Shown here in pieces: positions 31,520-44,598 of a stretch of DNA of 64,000 nucleotides. Position numbers and translations under genes: made by a program. This DNA is from Paragordius varius. Its lineage: Eukaryota > Animalia > Nematomorpha. Position 1 is the stretch's first letter, and each line of letters begins with the position of its first letter. The notes below the pieces were generated by a model, which was not told the origin of the DNA, ran no database searches, and saw only the letters and a program-made list of their open reading frames with translations. The stretch lies in contig OZ176054.1 in assembly GCA_964247055.1 (NCBI GenBank), forward strand, positions 10,168,001 to 10,232,000, written 5' to 3'.

Positions 31520-31672
31520 ACGTTTTTAAAAATTGTATATAAAGCACCATTTTATCCATCCTAATTATTATATTTTTTTTACGCTGAGGACGGACACACG
31601 TTAAAATGTCCGAAACCGTTCGAATTTTATTTATTCTATGATACGTTTTAAATAAATTTCCATATTTTTATA
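31520..31672 (+). repeat. PLE pseudo-LTR copy 3 (3' end of the inverted copy)
   Basis: Reverse complement of 27721-27872, ending at the same nucleotide (...CCATATTTTTATA). Confidence 0.93.
31579..31624 (+). ncRNA. Minimal type I hammerhead ribozyme motif (pLTR copy 3)
   Basis: CTGAGGA at 31584-31590, stem II GGACA 31592-31596 / TGTCC 31607-31611, GAAA 31612-31615, GTT 31618-31620. Confidence 0.8.
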
Positions 31673-34600
31673 ATATTATTTGATTGTTGAAAAAATATGG
31701 TGGATTGTTAGGAGTACTAAAATTTTATTGGGTATATTTTGATATTTGAAATATTATTTGATTGTTGATAAAATATGGTTGATTGTTGGGAATACTAAAA
31801 TATTTTGGGGTAATATATTTTAATTATTGGAAATATTATTTAGTTGTTTAAAAAATATGGTTGATTGTTGGGAATACTATATATTATTGGGTAGTATATT
31901 TTAATTATTGGAAATATTATTTGATGGTTGAAAAAATATGGTTGATTGTGCGAATACTAAAATATTATTGGTTTATATAATATGAATGTTAATATATTTT
32001 GATTGTTGAAAAATATGGTGGATTGTTGGGAGTACTAAAATATTTTTAGGCACTATATTTTGATTATTTGAAATATTATTTGATGGTTGATAAAATATGG
32101 TTGATTAGGAATACTAAAATATTTTGGGGTATTATATTTTAATTATTGGAAATATTATTTAGTTGTTTAAAAAATATGGTTGATTGTTGGGAATACTATA
32201 TATTATTTGGTAGTATATTTTAATTATAGGAAATATTATTTGATTGTTGAAAAAATATGGTTGATTGTGGGAATACAAAAATATTTTTGGGTAATATATT
32301 TTAATTATTGGGAATATTATTTGATTGTTGAAAAAATATGGTTGATTGATGGGAAGACTAAAATATTATTGGGTATATTTTGATTGTGGGAAATGTTATT
32401 TGATTGTTGAAAAATATGGTTGATTGTTGGACTAAAATATTTTTGGATTGGAAATATTATTTGATAGTTGAAAAAATATGGTTGATTGTTGGAAATTAAT
32501 ATTATTGGGTAATATATTTTTATTATTGGAAGTATTATTTAATTGTTGAAAAATATGGTGGATTGTTGGAAATACTAAAATTTTATTGGGTATATTTTGA
32601 TTATTTGAAATATTATTTGATAGTTGAAAAAATATGGTTGATTGTTGGGAATACAAAAATATTTTTGGGTAATATATTTTAATTATTGTAAATATTATTT
32701 GATTGTTGAAAAGATATAGTTGATTTTCGGGAATACTAAAATATTTTTTGCGTAATATATTTTGATTGTGTGAAATATTATTTCATAGTTGAAAAAATAT
32801 GGTTGATTGTTGGGAATAAAATATTATTGGGTATATATTGATTATTTGAAATATTATTTGATAGTTGATAAAATATGGTTGATTGTTGGGAATACAAAAA
32901 TATTTTTGTATATTTTAATTATTGTAAATATTATTTGATTGTTGAAAAAATATGGTTGATTTTTGGGAATACTAAAATATTTTTTGCGTAATATATTTTG
33001 ATTGTGGAAAATATTATTTCATTGTTGAAAAATATGGTTGATTGTTGGGAATACTAAAATATTATTGGGTATATTTTGATTGTGGGAAATATTATTCGAT
33101 TGTTGAAAAATATGGTTGATTGTTGGGAATACAAAAATATTTTTGGGTAATATATTTTAATTATTGGAAATATTATTTAGTTGTTAAAAAAATATGGTTG
33201 ATTGTTGGGAATACTAAATATTATTGGGTAGTATATTTTAATTATAGGAAATATTATTTGATTGTTGAAAAAATATGGTTGATTGTTGGAATACAAAAAT
33301 ATTTTTGGGTAATATATTTTGATTATTTGAAATATTATTTGATAGTTGACAAAATATGGTTGATTGTTGGGAATACAAAAATATTTTTGGGTAATATATT
33401 TTAATTATTGTAAATATTATTTGATTGTTGAAAAAATATGGTTGATTTTTGGGAATACTAAAATATTTTTTGCGTAATATATTTTGATTGTGGGAAATAT
33501 TATTTCATTGTTGAAAAAATATGGTTGATTGTTGGGAATACTAAAATAGTATTGGGTATATATTGATTATTTGATTTATTATTTGATAGTTGATAAAATA
33601 TGGTTGATTGTTGGGAATACAAAAATATTTTTGGGTAATATATTTTAATTATTGCAAATATTATTTGATTGTTGAAAAAATATGGTTGATTTTTGGGCTA
33701 AAATATTTTTTGCGTATATTTTGATTGTGGAAAATATTATTTCATTGTTGAAAAAATATGGTTGATTGTTGGGAATACTAAAATTTTATTGGGTATATTT
33801 TGATTGTGGGAAATATTATTCGATTGTTGAAAAAATATGGTTGATTGATGGGAATACTAAAATATTATTGGGTAATATATTTTAATTATTGGAAATATTA
33901 TTTAATTTTTGAAAAATATGGTTGATTGTTGGGAATACAAAAATATTTTTGGGTAATATATTTTAATTATTGGAAATATTATTTGATTGTTGAAAAAATA
34001 TAGTTGATTTTTGGGAATACTAAAATATTTTTTGCGTAATATATTTTGATTGTGGGAAATATTATTTGATAGTTGATAAAATATGGTTGATTGTTGGGAA
34101 TACAAAAAATATTTTTGGGTAATATATTTTAATTATTGTAAATATTATTTGATTGTTGAAAAAATATGGTTGATTTTTGGGAATACTAAAATATTTTTGG
34201 GTAATTATATTTTGATTGTGGGAAATTTTATTTGATTGTTGAAAAAATATGGTGGATTGTTGGGAATACTAAATATTATTGGGTAGTATATTTTAATTAT
34301 AGGAAATATTTTTTGATTGTTGAAAAAATATGGTTGATTGTGGGAATACTAAAATATTATTGGTTTATATAATATGAATGTTAATATATTTTGATTGTTG
34401 AAAAATATGGTGGATTGTTAGGAGTACTAAAATTTTATTGGGTATATTTTGATTATTTGAAATATTATTTGATAGTTGAAAAAATATGGTTGATTTTCGG
34501 GAATACAAAAATATTTTTGGGTAATATATGTTAATTATTGAAATATTATTTGATTGTTGAAAAAATATGGTGGATTGTTGGGAATACTAAATATTATTGG

Positions 34601-37600
34601 GTAGTATATTTTAATTATTGGAAATATTATTTGATTGTTGAAAAAATATGGTTGATTGTAGGAATACAAAAATATTTTTGGGTAATACATTTTAATTATT
34701 GGAAATATTATTTGATTGTTGAAAAAATATGGTTGATTGATGGGAATACTAAAATATTATTGGGTATATTTTGATTGTGGGAAATATTATTTGATTGTTG
34801 AAAAATATGGTTGATTGTTGGACTAAAATATTTTTGGGTAATATATTTTGATTATTGGAAATATTATTTGATAGTTGAAAAAATATGGTTGATTGTTGGA
34901 AATTAATATTATTGGGTAATATATTTTTATTATTGGAAGTATTATTTAATTGTTGAAAAATATGGAGGATTGTTGGGAGTACTAAAATTTTATTGGGTAT
35001 ATTTTGACTATTTGAAATATTATTTCATAGTTGAAAAAATATGGTTGATTGTTGGGAATACAAAAATATTTTTGGGTAATATATTTTAATTATTGTAAAT
35101 ATTATTTGATTGTTGAAAAAATATAGTTGATTTTTGGGAATACTAAAATATTTTTTGCGTAATATATTTTGATTGTGGAAAATATATTTCATAGTTGAAA
35201 AAATATGGTTGATTGTTGGGAATACTAAAATATTATTGGGTATATATTGATTATTTGAAATATTATTTGATAGTTGATAAAATATGGTTGATTGTTGGGA
35301 ATGCAAAAATATTTTTGTATATTTTAATTATTGTAAATATTATTTGATTGTTGAAAAAATATGGTTGATTTTTGGGAATACTAAAATATTTTTTGCGTAA
35401 TATATTTTGATTGTGGAAAATATTATTTCATTGTTGAAAAATATGGTTGATTGTTGGGAATACTAAAATATTATTGGGTATATTTTGATTGTGGGAAATA
35501 TTATTCGATTGTTGAAAAATATGGTTGATTGTTGGGAATACAAAAATATTTTTAGATAATATATTTTAATTGTGGAAATATTATTTACTTGTTAAAAAAA
35601 TATGGTTGATTGTAGGGAATACTAAATATTATTGGGTAGTATATTTTAATTATAGAAAATATTATTTTATTGTTGAAAAAATATGGTTGATTGTTGGAAT
35701 ACAAAAATATTTTTGGGTAATATATTTTGATTATTTGAAACATTATTTGATAGTTAAAAAAATATGGTTGATTGTTGGGAATACAAAAATATTTTTTGGG
35801 TAATATATTTTAATTATTGTAAATATTATTTTATTGTTGAAAAAATATAGTTGATTTTTGGGAATACTAGAATATTTTTTGCGTAATATATTTTGATTGT
35901 GGGAAATATTATTTCATTGTTGAAAAAATATGGTTGATTGTTGGGAATACTAAAATATTATTGGGTATATATTGATTATTTGATTTATTATTTGATAGTT
36001 GATAAAATATGGTTGATTGTTGGGAATACAAAAATATTTTTGGGTAATATATTTTAATTATTGTAAATATTATTTGATTGTTGAAAAAATATGGTTGATT
36101 TTGGGGAATACTAAAATATTTTTTGCGTAATATATTTTGATTGTGGAAAATATTATTTCATTGTTGAAAAAATATGGTTGATTGTTGGGAATACTAAAAT
36201 ATTATTGGGTATATTTTGATTGTGGGAAATATTATTCGATTGTTGAAAAATATGGTTGATTGTTGGGAATACAAAAATATTTTTGGGTAATATATGTTAA
36301 TTATTGAAATATTATTTGATTGTTGAAAAAATATGGTGGATTGTTGGGAATACTAAATATTATTGGGTAGTATATTTTAATTATTGGTAATATTATTTGA
36401 TTGTTGAAAAAATATGGTTGATTGTGGGAATACAAAAATATTTTTGGGTATATTTTGATTGTGGAAAATATTATTTCATTGTTGAAAAAATATGGTTGAT
36501 TGTTGGGAATACTAAAATATTATTGGGTATATTTTGATTGTGGGAAATATTATTCGATTGTTGAAAAATATGGTTGATTGTTGGGAATACAAAAATATTT
36601 TTGGGTAATATATGTTAATTATTGAAATATTATTTGATTGTTGAAAAAATATGGTGGATTGTTGGGAATACTAAATATTATTGGGTAGTATATTTTAATT
36701 ATTGGAAATATTATTTGATTGTTGAAAAAATATGGTTGATTTTTGGGAATACTAAAATATTTTTTGCGTAATATATTTTGATTGTGGAAAATATTATTTC
36801 ATTGTTGAAAAATATGGTTGATTGTTGGGAATACTAAAATATTATTGGGTATATTTTGATTGTGGAAAATATTATTCGATTGTTGAAAAATATGGTTGAT
36901 TGTTGGGAACACAAAAATATTTTTGGGTAATATATTTTAATTATTGGAAATATTATTTAGTTGTTAAAAAAAATATGGTTGATTGTTGGGAATACTAAAT
37001 ATTATTGGGTAGTATATTTTAATTATAGTAAATATTATTTTATTGTTGAAAAAATATGGTTGATTGTTGGAATACAAAAATATTTTTGGGTAATATATTT
37101 TGATTATTTGAAACATTATTTGATAGTTAAAAAAATATGGTTGATTGTTAGGAATACAAAAATATTTTTGGGTAATATATTTTAATTATTGTAAATATTA
37201 TTTTATTGTTGAAAAAATATAGTTGATTTTTGGGAATACTAGAATATTTTTTGCGTAATATATTTTGATTGTGGGAAATATTATTTCATTGTTGAAAAAA
37301 TATGGTTGATTGTTGGGAATACTAAAATATTATTGGGTATATATTGATTATTTGATTTATTATTTGATAGTTGATAAAATATGGTTGATTGTTGGGAATA
37401 CAAAAATATTTTTGGGTAATATATTTTAATTATTGTAAATATTATTTGATTGTTGAAAAAATATGGTTGATTTTGGGGAATACTAAAATATTTTTTGCGT
37501 AATATATTTTGATTGTGGAAAATATTATTTCATTGTTGAAAAAATATGGTTGATTGTTGGGAATACTAAAATATTATTGGGTATATTTTGATTGTGGGAA

Positions 37601-40600
37601 ATATTATTCGATTGTTGAAAAATATGGTTGATTGTTGGGAATACAAAAATATTTTTGGGTAATATATGTTAATTATTGAAATATTATTTGATTGTTGAAA
37701 AAATATGGTGGATTGTTGGGAATACTAAATATTATTGGGTAGTATATTTTAATTATTGGAAATATTATTTGATTGTTGAAAAAATATGGTTGATTGATGG
37801 GAATACTAAAATATTATTGGGTATATTTTGATTGTGGGAAATATTATTTGATTGTTGAAAAATATGGTTGATTGTTGGGAATACAAAAATATTTTTGGGT
37901 AATATATTTTGATTATTGTAAATATTATTTGATTGTTGAAAAAATATGGTTGATTTTTGGGAATACTAAAATATTTTTTGCGTAATATATTTTGATTGTG
38001 GAAAATATTATTTCATTGTTGAAAAATATGGTTGATTGTTGGGAATACTAAAATTTTATTGGGTATATTTTGATTGTGGGAAATATTATTCGATTGTTGA
38101 AAAAATATGGTTGATTGATGGGAATACTAAAATATTATTGGGTAATATATTTTAATTATTGGAAATATTATTTAATTTTTGAAAAATATGGTTGATTGTT
38201 GGGAATACAAAAATATTTTTGGGTAATATATTTTAATTATTGGAAATATTATTTGATTGTTGAAAAAATATAGTTGATTTTTGGGAATACTAAAATATTT
38301 TTTGCGTAATATATTTTGATTGTGGGAAATATTATTTGATAGTTGATAAAATATGGTTGATTGTTGGGAATACAAAAAATATTTTTGGGTAATATATTTT
38401 AATTATTGTAAATATTATTTGATTGTTGAAAAAATATTGTTGATTTTTGGGAATACTAAAATATTTTTGGGTAATTATATTTTGATTGTGGGAAATTTTA
38501 TTTGATTGTTGAAAAAATATGGTGGATTGTTGGGAATACTAAATATTATTGGGTAGTATATTTTAATTATAGGAACTATTTTTTGATTGTTGAAAAAATA
38601 TGGTTGATTGTGGGAATACTAAAATATTATTGGTTTATATAATATGAATGTTAATATATTTTGATTGTTGAAAAATATGGTGGATTGTTAGGAGTACTAA
38701 AATTTTATTGGGTATATTTTGATTATTTGAAATATTATTTGATAGTTGAAAAAATATGGTTGATTTTCGGGAATACAAAAATATTTTTGGGTAATATATG
38801 TTAATTATTGAAATATTATTTGATTGTTGAAAAAATATGGTGGATTGTTGGGAATACTAAATATTATTGGGTAGTATATTTTAATTATTGGAAATATTAT
38901 TTGATTGTTGAAAAAATATGGTTGATTGTAGGAATACAAAAATATTTTTGGGTAATACATTTTAATTATTGGAAATATTATTTGATTGTTGAAAAAATAT
39001 GGTTGATTGATGGGAATACTAAAATATTATTGGGTATATTTTGATTGTGGGAAATATTATTTGATTGTTGAAAAATATGGTTGATTGTTGGACTAAAATA
39101 TTTTTGGGTAATATATTTTGATTATTGGAAATATTATTTGATAGTTGAAAAAATATGGTTGATTGTTGGAAATTAATATTATTGGGTAATATATTTTTAT
39201 TATTGGAAGTATTATTTAATTGTTGAAAAATATGGAGGATTGTTGGGAGTACTAAAATTTTATTGGGTATATTTTGATTATTTGAAATATTATTTCATAG
39301 TTGAAAAAATATGGTTGATTGTTGGGAATACAAAAATATTTTTGGGTAATATATTTTAATTATTGTAAATATTATTTGATTGTTGAAAAAATATAGTTGA
39401 TTTTTGGGAATACTAAAATATTTTTTGCGTAATATATTTTGATTGTGGAAAATATTATTTCATAGTTGAAAAAATATGGTTGATTGTTGGGAATACTAAA
39501 ATATTATTGGGTATATATTGATTATTTGAAATATTATTTGATAGTTGATAAAATATGGTTGATTGTTGGGAATGCAAAAATATTTTTGTATATTTTAATT
39601 ATTGTAAATATTATTTGATTGTTGAAAAAATATGGTTGATTTTTGGGAATACTAAAATATTTTTTGCGTAATATATTTTGATTGTGGAAAATATTATTTC
39701 ATTGTTGAAAAATATGGTTGATTGTTGGGAATACTAAAATATTATTGGGTATATTTTGATTGTGGGAAATATTATTCGATTGTTGAAAAATATGGTTGAT
39801 TGTTGGGAATACAAAAATATTTTTAGATAATATATTTTAATTGTGGAAATATTATTTACTTGTTAAAAAAATATGGTTGATTGTTGGGAATACTAAATAT
39901 TATTGGGTAGTATATTTTAATTATAGGAAATATTATTTTATTGTTGAAAAAATATGGTTGATTGTTGGAATACAAAAATATTTTTGGGTAATATATTTTG
40001 ATTATTTGAAACATTATTTGATAGTTAAAAAAATATGGTTGATTGTTGGGAATACAAAAATATTTTTGGGTAATATATTTTAATTATTGTAAATATTATT
40101 TTATTGTTGAAAAAATATAGTTGATTTTTGGGAATACTAGAATATTTTTTGCGTAATATATTTTGATTGTGGGAAATATTATTTCATTGTTGAAAAAATA
40201 TGGTTGATTGTTGGGAATACTAAAATATTATTGGGTATATATTGATTATTTGATTTATTATTTGATAGTTGATAAAATATGGTTGATTGTTGGGAATACA
40301 AAAATATTTTTGGGTAATATATTTTAATTATTGTAAATATTATTTGATTGTTGAAAAAATATGGTTGATTTTGGGGAATACTAAAATATTTTTTGCGTAA
40401 TATATTTTGATTGTGGAAAATATTATTTCATTGTTGAAAAAATATGGTTGATTGTTGGGAATACTAAAATATTATTGGGTATATTTTGATTGTGGGAAAT
40501 ATTATTCGATTGTTGAAAAATATGGTTGATTGTTGGGAATACAAAAATATTTTTGGGTAATATATGTTAATTATTGAAATATTATTTGATTGTTGAAAAA

Positions 40601-41296
40601 ATATGGTGGATTGTTGGGAATACTAAATATTATTGGGTAGTATATTTTAATTATTGGTAATATTATTTGATTGTTGAAAAAATATGGTTGATTGTGGGAA
40701 TACAAAAATATTTTTGGGTATATTTTGATTGTGGAAAATATTATTTCATTGTTGAAAAAATATGGTTGATTGTTGGGAATACTAAAATATTATTGGGTAT
40801 ATTTTGATTGTGGGAAATATTATTCGATTGTTGAAAAATATGGTTGATTGTTGGGAATACAAAAATATTTTTGGGTAATATATGTTAATTATTGAAATAT
40901 TATTTGATTGTTGAAAAAATATGGTGGATTGTTGGGAATACTAAATATTATTGGGTAGTATATTTTAATTATTGGAAATATTATTTGATTGTTGAAAAAA
41001 TATGGTTGATTTTTGGGAATACTAAAATATTTTTTGCGTAATATATTTTGATTGTGGAAAATATTATTTCATTGTTGAAAAATATGGTTGATTGTTGGGA
41101 ATACTAAAATTTTATTGGGTATATTTTGATTGTGGAAAATATTATTCGATTGTTGAAAAATATGGTTGATTGTTGGGAATACAAAAATATTTTTGGGTAA
41201 TATATTTTAATTATTGGAAATATTATTTAGTTGTTAAAAAAAATATGGTTGATTGTTGGGAATACTAAATATTATTGGGTAGTATATTTTAATTAT
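31673..41296 (-). repeat. Satellite array II: same family in inverted orientation
   Basis: Reverse-complement monomers (..AAAAATATGGTTGATTGTTGGGAATAC..). The proximal ~4 kb mirrors array I. It contains a 4270-bp internal duplication and ends at AATTAT|GGTATTG (~41296). Confidence 0.97.
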
Positions 41297-41719
41297 GGTA
41301 TTGATTTTTCATGCATGAAACCATGTGATTGAAAGCGGGAGGATATTCAAGGATAGTATTTTTTATTATATACTATAAATATATTTAAAAAATAGGTTTC
41401 CTTTTAGTAATTATTAATCTTTTTCTTTGTTTTGTAGAGTTTTTATTTTATTTGTATGCTAAGTATGTAATTTAAAGAGTAACATAATTCTTAAGTCATC
41501 AAAAATCATTGTTATACAGATCTCTCTCTTTTTTTTTTCTCTACTCCTTGGTGCCTAATTATTTTATTTTTACTAGCCTAGCCATAATTTCTTTATATTT
41601 TTCCTTTATGATTGCCAGACAGAGCAAAATATCAATATTTATAATTTATCCAAATTAATTTATAAAGATTACTCTTTAATTTTAATTATTCTAGATATTT
41701 ATTTTTTGTAAAGAGGGTA
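41297..41719. other. Unassigned AT-rich non-satellite segment between array II and the RTE
   Basis: Not satellite, no ORF, T-rich. It could be the RTE 5' UTR or captured unique DNA. Confidence 0.5.
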
Positions 41720-44598
41720 AGTGAGAGGGAAGGCAATGGCAAACCACCCTCGTTTATTACTGCCAAAAAATAGTTTTACTAAATGAACTTAACAAGAATT
41801 TTCAAAGTTGGATGCTGGAATGTACGTTCCTTAACATCAACCAAACAGGTGATAATTGAAAAGGAAATGGAAAGATTGAACATAGATATACTGGGTCTAA
41901 CGGAAACCAAGCAAAAAGGTAGCGCGAAAGTACAAAACGAAAATTATACATTGTTAAGATCGGGGAGAGATGACCAGAAATCTGAAGGCGTTGCAGTATT
42001 AATAAAAAACAAATTAAATAAAAGTCTCATTAGTTATACACCATATACACCCAGAATCATGAGTATTAGGCTGAATGCCAAGCCACTTGAATTTACATAC
42101 ATAGTAGTCTATGCTCCTACGTCAAACGCTCCCAAAGAAGACATAGAGGACTTTTATGCAACGTTGCAAATAGTTTTGGATGAAACGAAGAAAGGAGATA
42201 TGATTATCATAGGAGGGGATTGGAACAGCAAAGTTGGTAGAGGTAGAGTAGATCAAATAGTCGGGCCATATGGATTGGGAGAACGAAACGAGGCCGGGGA
42301 AGCACTGATCAATTTTTGTCAAGAAAATGAGATGATGATAACCAACACATGGTTTCCACAACACAATAGGAGGTTATACAAATGGACCTCACCATGTGGT
42401 AAATATAAGAATCAAATTGATTACATAATGTGTCCTCAAAAATGGAAAAGCTCTATAATCGATACCAAAACAAGCAAAAGCAGCGATTGCTCTAGCGATC
42501 ATGAGCTTTTAATAACCAAAATCAAACTTAAAATAATTAAAAATAAGGTTAAACAGATATACAGATATGACACTCGGAACATTCCAAATAGTTTTAGAAC
42601 AGAAACCAAAGATAGATTAGGAAGATTGGACAATGGATAGCTCAGAACAATTATGGGGAACGATAAAAAATGTTGTTAATGAAGTGGCAAAAGAAAAAGT
42701 GCAGAGAGTAAAGAGGAAAGATAACAAATGGATATCAGAAAAGAGTATAGAGATAGCAGAAAAGAGGAGAAAAGCTAAATCAAGAGGTGATAATAAAATG
42801 GTAAAATTATATAACAAAGAATTTCAACGACAAACAAGGAAGGATTACGAAGATTTTCTTAATAAACAATGTCTGGAAGTGGAATTAAATAACAAAAAAG
42901 GATTAATGCAACCAATGTTCCAGAAACTGAAGCAAATGACTCATAAACCTTTTATATCATCACAAAAGATTAAAAAAGAGAATGGCACCATATTGTGCAA
43001 ACAAACAGAAGTACGAGAAAGATGGAAGGAATACACCCAAAAACTCTATCAGGCTCCTCAAACAAAGGTGTTGCAATTAAAAGAAGAAGAACGTGATCCA
43101 GATATATTAAGAGAGGAGGTTGAATAAGCCTTAAGACAAATTCCTAACAACAAAGCGATGGGATTAGACAATATCCCAATAGAGTTCATAAAAGCTATTC
43201 CCGTTGAAAAGTTACACCAGTTATGTCAAAAGGTGTGGGAAACATGTGAGTGGCCAAACGATTGGGCATCATCTGTATATCTCCCAATATATAAAAAAGG
43301 AGATGTACTCCAATGCGAGAATTATCGGAACATATCTCTTATTAGCCACGCTAGTAAGGTCTTACTAAAAGTAATACAAAACAGAATGTACAGTATCATA
43401 CAGACAGAAATACCAGAAAATCAAGCCGGATTTATGAAGGGAAAAAGCACAAACCATATCTCAAACATGAGAAGGATAATGGAAACATCAAAAGAGTTCC
43501 AGAAAGAATTATACATGTGTTTTATTGATTACAGACAAGCATTCGATTCAATTAACTATGACAACTTGTGGGAAACATTAAAGTTAGTAGGGGTATCGTC
43601 TCACTTAATAAGATTGATTAGCTCTCTGTATGTAAAACAAAGAGCGATTATTAGAACACCAGCGGGGGACACAGACGAAATACCAATCTTGAAAGGAGTC
43701 AGACAAGGGTGTTGCTTATCCCCTTATCTGTTCAATATGTGCACAGAAATGATAATGAGGAAGTTGGATGGTAAAAATATTGGAGTAAGAATAGGAGGGA
43801 GAACAATCAATAATTTAAGGTTTGCAGACGATACCACTCTTATAGCTGAAAGTGCAAATGATTTGAAGGAATTGATTGAAGAGATTCGAAAGGAAAGTTT
43901 GAGGTATGGTCTTAGGCTTAATCCTAACAAAACCAAAATATTATGTACAGGAAAAAAGCCTACAATTATAATAGAAGGAGTAGAAATAGAAATAGTTAAA
44001 CAGTTAACGTTTTTGGGCGCAATAATTTCAGAGGATGGGTCTTCAACTCCTGACATCAGAAAGAGAATAGGATTGGGTAAAGAAGCGATGACCAAATTAA
44101 TAAAGATTTGGAAAAACAAAAGAGTAGGAGTTGAAACCAAAAAAAGATTACTCTACTGTTTCGTTCTCCCGGTCACCACATATGGATGTGAGAGTTGGAC
44201 TCTCAGAAAAAGGGACAAAGAAAGGCTCATGGCTTTTGAAAGGAGCTGCTGGCGTAGGATGCTAGGATACACCTGGAAGGATAAAATTAAGAATGAAAGT
44301 CTAACTACAGAAATAAAACCTAAAACAAACATCATGGAGATAATTCTAAAAAGAAAGTTAACATATTTTGGTCATGTCATGCGATCGAATTCTCTGGAGA
44401 AAGATACAATGTTTGGGAAGGTAGAAGGGCAAAGGAAACGAGGCCGACCACCGATGAGGTGGTTGGATATGATAAAAGAAGAGACCAAAATGACACTGAA
44501 AGAGCTCAATATAGCGGTTAAAGATAGAAAAAAATGGAAAGAAATAGTTAAAACTATATCCAAAAAGTCGTTTACGACTTAGGAAAAACCAACCAACC
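41720..44598 (+). mobile_element. RTE-clade (BovB-like) non-LTR retrotransposon, near full length, disrupted
   Basis: BovB-type 5' motif GGAAGGCAATGGCAAACCAC (41728-41747), APE and RT ORF pieces, 3' stem-loop AAGTCG-ttta-CGACTT (44565-44580) and an (AACC)3 tail (44587-44598). The 5' boundary is approximate and no TSD was found. Confidence 0.9.
41783..44582 (+). pseudogene. RTE ORF (APE endonuclease plus reverse transcriptase) in three pieces: 41783-42640, 42633-43127, 43158-44582
   Basis: APE motifs GCWNVRSL, DILGLTETK, VYAPT, GDWNSKVG, NQIDYI and SDH. Frameshift near 42635. In-frame TAA at 43125-43127 (EEVE*ALRQIPNNKAMGLDNIP). RT motifs GVRQGCCLSPYLF and LRFADD. BovB-like C-terminus YFGHVMR...LEK..MFGKVEGQRKRGRPPMRWLD. 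Confidence 0.92.

Larger units (their letters stand above)
27721..31672 (-). mobile_element. Penelope-like retroelement (Penelope/Poseidon type): full unit on the minus strand (30788->27721, direct pLTRs) plus a 5'-truncated inverted copy on the plus strand (30788->31672)
   Basis: RT and GIY-YIG motifs, three ~153-bp pLTR copies with hammerhead motifs, and inverted arms 27721-28598 vs 30788-31672. The arms differ by a 7-nt deletion in the left arm (near 28237) and a few substitutions. Confidence 0.95.

Noticed and set aside
29016-31542. ORFs 29016-29369, 29550-29882, 30072-30362, 31039-31251, 31360-31542 (and 27850-28071, 28142-28342)
   Set aside because: Antisense shadows of the PLE ORF, or PLE 3' UTR frames with no recognisable motifs.
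41700-41765. HDV-like ribozyme at the RTE 5' end
   Set aside because: RTE elements can carry one and the GGCAATGGCAAACCAC motif is present, but I could not build P1/P3/L3 from the upstream sequence. A covariance-model search would be needed.
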